IMG/VR virus record: IMGVR_UViG_3300025030_000084
Length of the DNA stretch: 64,000 nucleotides
Source: an uncultured virus (IMG/VR IMGVR_UViG_3300025030_000084)
Taxonomy: Duplodnaviria > Heunggongvirae > Uroviricota > Caudoviricetes
Reading direction: 5' to 3' (one strand)
Shown: one piece after another, positions 1 to 8,558 of the stretch
How the letters are laid out: every line of letters begins with the position of its first letter
Numbering within the stretch: the stretch's first letter is position 1
Program-made: the position numbers and the translations under genes
Notes under the pieces: model-generated
What the model was told of the DNA's origin: nothing
What the model saw: the letters and a program-made list of their open reading frames with translations, nothing else
The model's database searches: none

Positions 1-1677
1 GCGCCCACCAGCACGGGCGGGGTTTACCGGTCCAGGTTCAGCAATGTATGGGCCAGTTCGAGCAGCGGCGACGGGGTGTTGCTTGATGCTACTGCTGGGA
101 CAATTAACGGTATTCACTTTACATCCCCGCACGCGCTACTGAATGGAGCCAACGGTGTAAAGCTTGTAGGGAACGTGAGCGGTGATGTTTCTGTACTTGG
201 TGGGGAGATTGCTAGCAATACAACAGCAGGCGTGTCTATCGGTGCGGATATTGACAACATAAACATAGTCGGAGCAACAATAGGTACTGGTGCCGGTGGA
301 CTTAATGGTAACGGAACTTACGGAGTCACTATTGCATCAGGGGTTTCCAACAACATCAATATCACCAATAACCTGATGGTCGGAAATACATCTGGAACAA
401 TCCAAGACGCTAGCACCGGGACCAAGAATTTCCGGGATAACGCCGGGAGAACAACAGAGACTGTTTTAGGTGGGAACCAGATTACGGACGGCATATACAG
501 TAAATCGTGGACAGACATTTTAACAGCCGATTCTGGCGGCGGCGGTTCTGTTACCAGCGTCACCTCGGCTAATACAGACATATCTGTTGCGGATACATCT
601 ACAACTCCGGTGCTAACCCTCAACAGTGGTACAGGCGCAAACCAAATAGTGAAACTGGACGGCGACGGCAAGCTTCCTGCTATTGATGGGAGCCAGTTGA
701 CCGGGGTGGCCACTGGACCAGCAGGGACGGTTACGGGTGCGGTGCAGGGGCGCGACTCCGCAGGTACTGGGTTTGTGGCCGACAGCGCCATAGTTATAGA
801 CACTACTAATCATCGGATGGGTGTTGGCACGGGGACGCCTAGCGCGACACTAACTGTGAATGCCAATGCAACTGCGGCAGTCGCGCCGGGGTCGGGCACC
901 GTCACCCACATAATAGGCGCTGATTCCACAGGGCCACGTTTGACAATTGATGCCTATAACGGAGTGCCAAACGTAACAATGAGGGCCGCATACGGTACGG
1001 CGGCATCGCCAACAGCGACCCCTATTAATAATGCACTAGGGGGGTTTTCGTTCGGTGGGTATAACGGGACAGCTTTTGCGAATAAAGCAACAATAAACGC
1101 TTACGCCGGAGAGCAATGGTCAGCTACGGCCAACGGAACATATATAACGTTTGGTACAACAGCTAATACAACCACAACTCTTACTGAACGCATGAGGGTC
1201 CACCCCAGCGGTGGCGTCTCCATCGGCAGCACCACCGACCCCGGCGCAGGCAACCTCAGCGTGAGCGGAGCAATTTCATCTGGCTCCATCCCCTCCCCCG
1301 GTGCTATCGGCGGCACCACTCCTGCGGCGATTACTGGAACGACGATTACGGGGCAGCAGTTCAAAGACACCACCTACGCCCCCGCCGCTGGCAGCGCATT
1401 CACGGTGGATTTGGCGAACGGCATGGACCAGGAACTGACGACCAACGCCAACGTGACTATTACCCTCCCCACTCCGGTGGCTGGTAAGTCGTACACCGTC
1501 ACCGTCAAATACGGCGGTGCGCACACTATCTCCTGGGCCGGTGGCGGGACGATCAAATGGAGCGGCGGCACGGCTCCGGTGGCGACCAGCGTCAACGGCA
1601 AATACGACATCTACGTTTTCAAAAGCGACGCAACCAGCACCTACACCATGGGGGCCGACGGTGGGCGCAATTACTAG
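1..1677 (+). CDS. Tail fibre/tailspike-like protein, 5' partial
   Basis: Frame 1 is open from base 1 to TAG at 1677. G/T/S/N-rich beta-helix-like repeats at the N-end, the fibre-type motif ERMRVHPSGGVSIG, and a C-terminal beta-sandwich-like domain. Lies just upstream of the lysis genes. Confidence 0.75.
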   Translation, partial: APTSTGGVYRSRFSNVWASSSSGDGVLLDATAGTINGIHFTSPHALLNGANGVKLVGNVSGDVSVLGGEIASNTTAGVSIGADIDNINIVGATIGTGAGGLNGNGTYGVTIASGVSNNINITNNLMVGNTSGTIQDASTGTKNFRDNAGRTTETVLGGNQITDGIYSKSWTDILTADSGGGGSVTSVTSANTDISVADTSTTPVLTLNSGTGANQIVKLDGDGKLPAIDGSQLTGVATGPAGTVTGAVQGRDSAGTGFVADSAIVIDTTNHRMGVGTGTPSATLTVNANATAAVAPGSGTVTHIIGADSTGPRLTIDAYNGVPNVTMRAAYGTAASPTATPINNALGGFSFGGYNGTAFANKATINAYAGEQWSATANGTYITFGTTANTTTTLTERMRVHPSGGVSIGSTTDPGAGNLSVSGAISSGSIPSPGAIGGTTPAAITGTTITGQQFKDTTYAPAAGSAFTVDLANGMDQELTTNANVTITLPTPVAGKSYTVTVKYGGAHTISWAGGGTIKWSGGTAPVATSVNGKYDIYVFKSDATSTYTMGADGGRNY

Positions 1678-2161
1678 GTTTTTAATCATCCTTCTGCTCA
1701 TCCCCTCACTCTGCTATGCGGGGCCGGGGGCGCGGCGGTTTCAGGCGGCGGCGAGCGGCCTCCATATTGACTTCAGCGGGGCCGAAATCAATGGACCTAC
1801 CGGAGTTAGCAACGGGTGGGTGCTGACATCGGGAATACAATGGATACGTTCGACAGAAAATCCACATAGTGGTGAGTACTCATTTATGGGTACTGGGTTC
1901 ACACCTACCTATCCCTCTAGTAGGCTGGCCAAAACTATCACGACACGAGCCGGACAAGTAACGTTTTGGGGATCGTCGTCGGGCGGGTCGGGGAGTTGTA
2001 TCTTCTACAAAAACGGTGTTCCTACATCCTTTTCGGGCAGTTACGCTCAGTACACTATAGAAGTTGGCGCTGGGACTACTACATTTGAGTTGCTGGTGGA
2101 CGCGACTACGAGCACCCCCATATACTGCTATGTAGATGACATCAGCATCCCTGTCCCATAA
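1661..2161 (+). CDS. Putative secreted protein with beta-sandwich/carbohydrate-binding-like domain
   Basis: GTG at 1661 overlaps the fibre stop. Signal-peptide-like N-terminus (RFLIILLLIPSLCYA) and a C-terminal YVDDISI motif typical of jelly-roll domains. Confidence 0.55.
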   Translation: MGAITRFLIILLLIPSLCYAGPGARRFQAAASGLHIDFSGAEINGPTGVSNGWVLTSGIQWIRSTENPHSGEYSFMGTGFTPTYPSSRLAKTITTRAGQVTFWGSSSGGSGSCIFYKNGVPTSFSGSYAQYTIEVGAGTTTFELLVDATTSTPIYCYVDDISIPVP

Positions 2162-2171
2162 GGAGCCCAAC

Positions 2172-2348
2172 ATGACCAGACTGCTAGCCATCCTCGCCCT
2201 GCTGCTCACCCTCCCCGCCTGCGGCCAACACCTCGCCGGAACCACCTACCGGGCCTCAGTTGGTCGCCAGGTCACGGAGTTTATGCAGCGGGACGCGGCT
2301 ACAACGTGGAACGTGGGGGCTGAGATGAGGTTTGACACAAAACAATAA
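2172..2348 (+). CDS. Small lipoprotein (possible spanin-like)
   Basis: AAGGAG RBS, hydrophobic leader ending in lipobox LPAC. Confidence 0.55.
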   Translation: MTRLLAILALLLTLPACGQHLAGTTYRASVGRQVTEFMQRDAATTWNVGAEMRFDTKQ

Positions 2349-2370
2349 CCTTTAGAAAGGAGGTGACGTA

Positions 2371-2688
2371 ATGGCTGTACCCGAAGTTGTAGCGGCTACA
2401 AGTAGTATCAATTGGGGTGACGTTTCAGTTGTAGGGCTTCTAGTTACCTTCATAGCTTACCAATGGAAACAGAACGCCAAGCTTAAAGCAGAGAAAGAAT
2501 CGGAGATGGTTTCGCGTATAGAGGCGTCAATCAACAACCTCAGCGCAACTATCAAAGAGTCTACCGAGAAGTTTGACAGTACGGTGGAAAGCATGTGGTC
2601 GCACATCGGGAAGATGGACAAACGGCTAAGTAATCTAATCGGACATCATGAAGTCAACCACAAGATGAAGTTTGATAAGGAGGAATAA
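2371..2688 (+). CDS. Holin-like membrane protein
   Basis: AAGGAGGT RBS, one N-terminal TM helix plus coiled coil, upstream of the endolysin. Confidence 0.5.
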   Translation: MAVPEVVAATSSINWGDVSVVGLLVTFIAYQWKQNAKLKAEKESEMVSRIEASINNLSATIKESTEKFDSTVESMWSHIGKMDKRLSNLIGHHEVNHKMKFDKEE

Positions 2689-2694
2689 CCCAAC

Positions 2695-3006
2695 ATGAAA
2701 AGAATCATTCTCGCTATCATTCTGTGCGCCCTTTCCAGTTGCGCAGCTTACGCAGACTTCGCACCCAACGGTAACAAGACGCAGAGCCTCACGGTGAATT
2801 CCACAACCATCAACATGACAACGGACACGGCGTACAGCATTCTCGCCACTACCGGCTGTAAAGCCCGCCTCATGCCTACTTCGGCTAAAGGCACTATCAA
2901 ACAGTTCACCCCCACTGTCGGAGTCTGGAACACAGCCGACAGAAACAAGCTAACCCCCTTTCTGAATCTTTCGGGTTGTACCAACGGGGAACTCAGGCGG
3001 CAGTAG
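2695..3006 (+). CDS. Hypothetical secreted protein
   Basis: AGGAGG RBS, signal peptide MKRIILAIILCALSSCAAYA. Confidence 0.6.
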   Translation: MKRIILAIILCALSSCAAYADFAPNGNKTQSLTVNSTTINMTTDTAYSILATTGCKARLMPTSAKGTIKQFTPTVGVWNTADRNKLTPFLNLSGCTNGELRRQ

Positions 3007-3018
3007 CCGGAGGATAAC

Positions 3019-3174
3019 ATGACGCCGTACTGTAACTACATACTCGGTGACTGTGACAAGATGAGCAACGCAACGGACTGTGCCAAAGTATCGGCACAGT
3101 CTTGCCGTAAGAAGAGGGAAGAAAACTTGAAGAAACAGGAGGAAGACAATGGCGAAGTTTCAACCGGCCTATGA
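3019..3174 (+). CDS. Small Cys-containing hypothetical protein (51 aa, not in ORF track)
   Basis: GGAGG RBS before ATG 3019; MTPYCNYILGDCDKM...STGL*; fills the gap before the endolysin. Confidence 0.5.
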   Translation: MTPYCNYILGDCDKMSNATDCAKVSAQSCRKKREENLKKQEEDNGEVSTGL

Positions 3175-3832
3175 TATCACAAATGGAAATGAAGGGGGTT
3201 ATCAAAATAATCCGCACGACTTGGGCAATACCCCCAATTTGGGAACTTACCGGGGAATCGCCGTTAACTTTCATCCTGCTTGGGCGGGGTGGCGGTATGT
3301 GCGAAATACGTTAGCAGGATTAGCCAAACAACCGCCTTACGGCACTAAGGCATACTCGGCATGGGTCAAGACGGTAAACACCCGCCTACAGGCAATACCG
3401 GCGCTTCAAGAGTTGGTCATGCTGTTCTACAAGGCTGCTTTTTGGGACAACTGCCGGCTGGGGGAAATCAACAGTCAGGACGCCGCTAACTGGATCTACG
3501 ATCACGTAGTAAATGCCGGGGGCCGTGGCGTCAAGTGGGCGCAGATTGCCGCTAACGTTACACCGGACGGCGGACTCGGACCCAAGACTCTTGCAGCTAT
3601 CAACAAGATGAAACCGGCAGCGTTCTTAGCCAGAGCACAAGACGTTGCCGCTGCGTACCGTCTTGATAAGGCTGAAAGCGACTCAACACAGATTCAGTTC
3701 TTACGTAGTTGGCTTACAAGAGACGGGCAACCCGCCAATATCATAGCAATGGTTATGGCGGCAGTAAGGGACGGCAGGCTTGACGAAATGGAGGTTGCGG
3801 GTTTAAAAACGGCTATGGAGGCTACAGCATGA
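3149..3832 (+). CDS. Endolysin, glycoside hydrolase family 108
   Basis: EGGYQNNPHDLG...TYRGI catalytic motif and DGGLGPKTLAA peptidoglycan-binding-type motif. Confidence 0.85.
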   Translation: MAKFQPAYDITNGNEGGYQNNPHDLGNTPNLGTYRGIAVNFHPAWAGWRYVRNTLAGLAKQPPYGTKAYSAWVKTVNTRLQAIPALQELVMLFYKAAFWDNCRLGEINSQDAANWIYDHVVNAGGRGVKWAQIAANVTPDGGLGPKTLAAINKMKPAAFLARAQDVAAAYRLDKAESDSTQIQFLRSWLTRDGQPANIIAMVMAAVRDGRLDEMEVAGLKTAMEATA

Positions 3833-4233
3833 GCAATAAAGGCGTGTTCTTAACGGTACTGGATACCACTTTGGTTGACCATGATAACCATAGGCTGAAT
3901 GCTGAATTCGCTTATGTGACCAGTGACGGTCAGATTATCTCGGTTCCCAAAGGGTTCGTGACTGACTTCGCTTCTGTTCCCCGTTTCCTTCCTATCATGT
4001 ATGCGTTGTGCGGTAACAAGGTGCATGAGGCGGCAGTTATCCATGATTACCTGTATCGCATGACCGATACCGACAGGAGCCGCTGTGATTGGATCTTCAG
4101 GGACGCCATGGAAGCTGAGAAGCAACCGGCATGGCGTAGGTGGATCATGTGGGCGGGGGTAAGGGTAGGCGGCTGGTGGGCGAGGGAGAAGGTGGACGGG
4201 GTTGTTGATGGCAAGCCTGTTACAGCAGAGTAG
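3829..4233 (+). CDS. DUF1353 family protein
   Basis: VPKGFVTDFASVPR...AAVIHDYLY...WAGVRVGGW signature. Confidence 0.8.
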   Translation: MSNKGVFLTVLDTTLVDHDNHRLNAEFAYVTSDGQIISVPKGFVTDFASVPRFLPIMYALCGNKVHEAAVIHDYLYRMTDTDRSRCDWIFRDAMEAEKQPAWRRWIMWAGVRVGGWWAREKVDGVVDGKPVTAE

Positions 4234-4240
4234 GACACGG

Positions 4241-4275
4241 AAAAGCCCCGGCAAACAATCACCGGGGCTTTTCTC
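4241..4275. terminator. Bidirectional intrinsic terminator
   Basis: AAAAGCCCCGG / CCGGGGCTTTT inverted repeat at the convergence of the + and - gene blocks. Confidence 0.8.
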
Positions 4276-4348
4276 TTGCTACAGCCTCTCTCAACCTCAA
4301 CCACACAGGAAGCCCGACAATACTACAGAGCGGGAAGCCTGTCAACAG

Positions 4349-4657
4349 CTATTTGCAAATGTCCCGTAAGAACTTGATTGCCATAGCCGCAACCTGCACA
4401 GCTTCCTTCCGCATGTCCTTGGGACGCCTCAGTTCCGGGTGTCTCAGGCACTCCCTTTCAAGTTCCAGCAATTCACATTTGATAGTGGTAAGCCCCACGA
4501 TCGGCTCAACCATTCTGTCATCGGTATACTTGGCATCTGCCCTGTCAAGTTCCATTAGAACGTCGCCAATGATACCAATAACCTTTGTCGGCACTTCGCA
4601 CCCTTCCAAGACTGCTTTTAACTCAATCTTCATTTTTAAATCCATGCTACACGACAT
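4349..4657 (-). CDS. Hypothetical protein, MazG-like helical fold possible
   Basis: C-terminal RKEAVQVAAMAIKF resembles small phage NTP-pyrophosphohydrolase-like proteins. Confidence 0.45.
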   Translation of the reverse strand: MSCSMDLKMKIELKAVLEGCEVPTKVIGIIGDVLMELDRADAKYTDDRMVEPIVGLTTIKCELLELERECLRHPELRRPKDMRKEAVQVAAMAIKFLRDICK

Positions 4658-5291
4658 AACTAACACCCTCCTTGATTGCAATTTTGTTTAGTGACGCGCA
4701 TGTTCCGTGAAGTTTTAATGCCGCTTGATTGTACGCAATTGCGGCGTCTTCAGCATGTGCAAATATACCAAGATGCACAATTTCTCCATTTTTACGAATC
4801 CTAGCTCTCCACTTATTTCTATGGGGATGTACTCCCTTGTAACCAGAAGTGTTGTTTTTATATATTCCAGAATTGCATTTGTTATCCGAGGCTGTTACAA
4901 CCCTAAGGTTAGCTTTAGTGCAGTCCAAAGTATTTCTATTAATGTGGTCAACGGGTGTTTTGCGCGAAGTTTTCTTGTCGAGCACGTAATTGTGTAATCT
5001 GAGCATAGGTCTTGTGCAACACACATACCCGCCGGAAGAGATGTGCCATATATGCAATTTACATTTTTCCATGTCTTCTATATCGATAATGGCAAAACCA
5101 ACACTATTACCGTCAATGTCAAAACATTTTATAAAGCATCTAGATCCTCTGATGTAGTAAAGATTACCTTCAAATCTGGTATGTTTGAGAATTTCACCAT
5201 GTCTTTGCATTTGCCTATAGTGTCTTTTACACAAACCTTTTGCATAATTGTGTGTTTCGCAATTATCTACAGAACAAGAGCTATTCAACAT
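4647..5291 (-). CDS. HNH homing endonuclease with AP2 domain
   Basis: CSVDNC..LCKRHY Zn finger, VDHINRNTLDC..NLR HNH motif, NTSGYKGV..KWRARI..AAIAYNQAA AP2 domain. Confidence 0.9.
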   Translation of the reverse strand: MLNSSCSVDNCETHNYAKGLCKRHYRQMQRHGEILKHTRFEGNLYYIRGSRCFIKCFDIDGNSVGFAIIDIEDMEKCKLHIWHISSGGYVCCTRPMLRLHNYVLDKKTSRKTPVDHINRNTLDCTKANLRVVTASDNKCNSGIYKNNTSGYKGVHPHRNKWRARIRKNGEIVHLGIFAHAEDAAIAYNQAALKLHGTCASLNKIAIKEGVSYVV

Positions 5292-5907
5292 AAGAAACTC
5301 CCTTTTTGATTGATACACGTATTATGTTATCTGCACCCTTTTCGATGTCTTCTAAACTTACACGTTCGTCTGAAACCATAAGAACTTGAAGGTTTAACTT
5401 ATCCGCTACGGTTTTAACCATTTGGATAGCCTTCATATTAGCATCTCTTCCCTTTAAACGGCTAAACGGTTCATCAAGAATGAGTATAGGTCGAGTCTTG
5501 GGGGATTTCAGGCTCCAAAGAGCAACCCTCAAGCCAAAGCCCGCCACGTCACACGCACCCCCGCCAGCCCCGTTCAACGGATCTTCAACCTTAGCCCCAT
5601 TCCTTACCAGAGAGATATCAGCCTCCGTTTGGTTTCTCTTCTGCACAAACTCTATCTGGCAGGTATAAGGATCGTCAAATACAGCAGCTTGTGCGAGTGA
5701 CACAATGTTGCTGATATGAAACTCAAGCTGCTGCTGTGTCTGTTGCGCAGTTTCCATGATAATAACCTGTGCCTGTTCTATTTCCTCCTGTTCCCCCTGT
5801 AATCTGGCAAGGTTCTTTTGGGTTGTGGCGATCATGGAATCGCACTGTTCCAGTTGCCCCTTACGTCTTTCGAGAATTTGGCGATAGTTGGTTGTTGTCA
5901 TATTCAT
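5281..5907 (-). CDS. sbcC: SbcC/Rad50-like ATPase, C-terminal half
   Basis: Coiled coil, then ABC-signature-like GAGGG and Walker B ILILDEPF; no Walker A. Confidence 0.8.
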   Translation of the reverse strand: MNMTTTNYRQILERRKGQLEQCDSMIATTQKNLARLQGEQEEIEQAQVIIMETAQQTQQQLEFHISNIVSLAQAAVFDDPYTCQIEFVQKRNQTEADISLVRNGAKVEDPLNGAGGGACDVAGFGLRVALWSLKSPKTRPILILDEPFSRLKGRDANMKAIQMVKTVADKLNLQVLMVSDERVSLEDIEKGADNIIRVSIKKGVSYVE

Positions 5908-6125
5908 TCCGTGTAAAAGTCTGTTGCTGCTATTTTCATGAGTTGTTCAGGAGTAGAGTCGGGGTATTTCTTTGCGTATTTCAAAATGTTGCGCCTGTAC
6001 CACTTCCAGAACTTAGGAGGTAGTTCCATTTCGGTTGTGGTGTTGTCAAAAGAAGCGGTAGCAGCTTCAGTTTGTTCGTGGAACATAGAACGGGTGTCCG
6101 TGGGTTGCGGCGGATATTGTGTCAT
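5904..6125 (-). CDS. Hypothetical protein
   Basis: AGGAGGT RBS, coupled to the downstream gene. Confidence 0.6.
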   Translation of the reverse strand: MTQYPPQPTDTRSMFHEQTEAATASFDNTTTEMELPPKFWKWYRRNILKYAKKYPDSTPEQLMKIAATDFYTE

Positions 6126-6143
6126 TTGTGTGACCTCCTGTTA

Positions 6144-6383
6144 TTACCAAACGTAGGATTTTTCCAGTGAAGTAACGGCGTCCTCTATCTCTTCGTCAAG
6201 CTTCGCTTTCTTTTCCTTCAGGCTGTTGAGTTTGCTTTTCCCTCTCTCAAGAGAGCCGCATTGAAACTCTGTCTTCAGGCGTTCCATGTTCTGTTTGATA
6301 GCGCCATCAATCTCCGCCCTGTCGATTTTTGCCGCCTCCAGTTCGTCCTTCATCTTCGTGAGTCTTTCGATTACCGTTGCCAT
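6144..6383 (-). CDS. Coiled-coil hypothetical protein
   Basis: GGAGG RBS, heptad pattern. Confidence 0.65.
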   Translation of the reverse strand: MATVIERLTKMKDELEAAKIDRAEIDGAIKQNMERLKTEFQCGSLERGKSKLNSLKEKKAKLDEEIEDAVTSLEKSYVW

Positions 6384-6409
6384 GTTTTAAACCTCCGTAT
6401 TGGTATAGG

Positions 6410-6880
6410 TCAGAAAGGGATGTTATCGTATCCTTCTTGAATCGTTACTTCTTTGGTGTCTGCTCTACTCCATCCTTTAGCCATCAAAGCTTTCTTGGCT
6501 TCCAGAGTTGTGAATTCAACAGCGGGTCCGATTTCTTCAAGGTCTACGCCATCGACTTTGGCGCGTATGTCAACGAACACGCAATCGGATTCGGCATGAT
6601 AGACCCAAACTAAACCAGCAATCCCGTTTTGTGCAGGTTTCACTTCTACCGGGGTTGCGTTCTTACGGGAGCCAAACACCATGATAGTAACATCACGTTC
6701 ATTCAGAACCGTCCCTGTAATCTTGCGCCACGCTATGGCAAGTTCCCGCATGTCCGGTGCAGTAAGGATTACTTCAATCCCGCCCTCCATGACATACAGG
6801 ACGCTTGGACCCTCACACCAGTATTTTGTGAAAGCCTTGTCTTCCATCTTGATATTGAACTTGCTTTCAGCCCTTCCCAT
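6410..6880 (-). CDS. Hypothetical protein with SSB-like acidic C-tail
   Basis: GGAGG RBS before ATG 6880; ends YDNIPF. Confidence 0.6.
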   Translation of the reverse strand: MGRAESKFNIKMEDKAFTKYWCEGPSVLYVMEGGIEVILTAPDMRELAIAWRKITGTVLNERDVTIMVFGSRKNATPVEVKPAQNGIAGLVWVYHAESDCVFVDIRAKVDGVDLEEIGPAVEFTTLEAKKALMAKGWSRADTKEVTIQEGYDNIPF

Positions 6881-7043
6881 TCGGATTGACCTCCCTGTAT
6901 TTGCCGTCAAACAAAACGTAGACCTTGCCGCCAAAGGTGATTTCAGGGTATCCCCAACTCAACCCAATCTGCATTGCTTCGTCAAGGTCTTTTGCAAATG
7001 CGTACCCCATGACCCCTTTGGCAGTAACCTTTTTCTCTTCCAT
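6867..7043 (-). CDS. Small hypothetical protein (58 aa, not in ORF track)
   Basis: GGGAG RBS; MEEKKVTAKG...NGKG*; fills the gap in the operon. Confidence 0.55.
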   Translation of the reverse strand: MEEKKVTAKGVMGYAFAKDLDEAMQIGLSWGYPEITFGGKVYVLFDGKYREVNPNGKG

Positions 7044-7047
7044 GCTG

Positions 7048-7947
7048 TTATCTCCCCATTGCGTTATAGATTAGCTTCTGAACCGGCTTGCTTACGTTGT
7101 CTGCTGCAATCCTCTTAGAAATGTTATCACCGAACGAAAGCCCAACATCCACGTCTTTCTTGAGATTGGAAACGAAACATTCTATCCTATCGTCTCGTTG
7201 CTTCTTGACTTCAATGTGTTCCCGGCTGACTACACCCTGCTCAATCGGCAAGAAAACCTGTTCGACTTCGTTTGTATCAGCGCACCAAAGAAACACACAG
7301 GGCTTGTGGTCTGCTTGAGCGGCAGTAGTCCTAAGAAGACTCCCAGCGTTAACCAAAACTTGAGAACCCACGCGTTCAACAAAGGTTTGATGATTATCGC
7401 CAACACATATCGCGCCAAATCCATGCAGTTTTTCTATAATGGACTTTGCTGTACCTCCTGAAACAGAAGCGCCCGGAAACGGTTCTTTGCCTTTGAAAAC
7501 TAAATGATGCACCACGGCAACAAAAGGTGTGCGGCTTCTTTTAACACCACACATCTCAGTACCCCAAGGAAAACCAACGGCAGAAAACTTCCCAAGAGAA
7601 TACGCATCATCAGAATGAAGCAGTTTTATTTTTCCCGCGTCTGCCAATACGTTAATACCGCTACGCTCTATATTTTCCATTGAATGTGCTGGCAAATCAT
7701 GATTTCCCGCAATGGCGTATATGTTATCGGGAAGATTGCGGAAACAATACCCCAGTAACCACGGACTCGGTTTCCAATGATCGAACAGATCGCCCCCGAG
7801 GATAATAGGACAATTGTGTTTCTTTTGCAAATCGGATATAAAATGTAACTTTCGTGTTTGCGCTTCAATAAAATTATCTGTTCTACAAATGGGGTTATTT
7901 TCTCGTAAGTGCCAATCGGAAGTAAATATAGCTGTTGGATTTTTCAT
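7048..7947 (-). CDS. sbcD: SbcD/Mre11-like metallophosphoesterase nuclease
   Basis: SDWH, GDLFD, GNHD and GDNH calcineurin-like motifs. Confidence 0.9.
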   Translation of the reverse strand: MKNPTAIFTSDWHLRENNPICRTDNFIEAQTRKLHFISDLQKKHNCPIILGGDLFDHWKPSPWLLGYCFRNLPDNIYAIAGNHDLPAHSMENIERSGINVLADAGKIKLLHSDDAYSLGKFSAVGFPWGTEMCGVKRSRTPFVAVVHHLVFKGKEPFPGASVSGGTAKSIIEKLHGFGAICVGDNHQTFVERVGSQVLVNAGSLLRTTAAQADHKPCVFLWCADTNEVEQVFLPIEQGVVSREHIEVKKQRDDRIECFVSNLKKDVDVGLSFGDNISKRIAADNVSKPVQKLIYNAMGR

Positions 7948-8558
7948 TTACATACTCCTTTGCGTTTTGCCCATCTGAGTACACCGGCTGCTGCGATTTT
8001 TGCTTTATGTTCTTCTGTGAGTGTTGAGCCTCGTTTAGCTTCGGACATTTTACGTTTGCTTTCGTCTGTATGTTTCTTACCCGCCCAAATAGTATTACCT
8101 TTGAGAGTGTTTGAAATTTTAACCTTTGTTTCTAATGCAACAGTTTTACCTTTTTGAGATTTGGATATCTTTTCACATACACTCCTAGGTCTTGGTTTTC
8201 CTTTTAAATGAAAAGCTACGTGTTCTGCCTGTGTTGCAAATAGCTGTAAATTCTCAATGGTATCGTCATCCCTTATTTCATTAATGTGATGAACAACTTC
8301 TTTTCGTGTGAGTTTTCTACCCAAGTGCAACTCCATGACATAACGACATCTACGTACTCGTTTACCTTCGATATTGATAAGAATGTATCCACGCTCTCCT
8401 ATGGTTAAACCACCCTTCCATTTACCGTTACTACAACCTTTTCCATTATGATCTTTTATGTATTTATTCCATTTCTTACCTCTATAATGTCGTGTGACAA
8501 ATTCCCCACAACCACAAGTACATAGCGGTGGTTTTCGTTTTGGTCCTGTCGTTCTCAA
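7944..8558 (-). CDS. HNH endonuclease with NUMOD3 repeats
   Basis: CTCGCG, VVHHINEIRDDDTIENL, and HTDESKRKMSEAKRG NUMOD3 motifs. Confidence 0.85.
   Translation of the reverse strand: MRTTGPKRKPPLCTCGCGEFVTRHYRGKKWNKYIKDHNGKGCSNGKWKGGLTIGERGYILINIEGKRVRRCRYVMELHLGRKLTRKEVVHHINEIRDDDTIENLQLFATQAEHVAFHLKGKPRPRSVCEKISKSQKGKTVALETKVKISNTLKGNTIWAGKKHTDESKRKMSEAKRGSTLTEEHKAKIAAAGVLRWAKRKGVCK

Noticed and set aside
1..2161. Diversity-generating retroelement targeting the tail fibre
   Set aside because: No reverse transcriptase ORF and no template/variable repeat pair was seen in this window.
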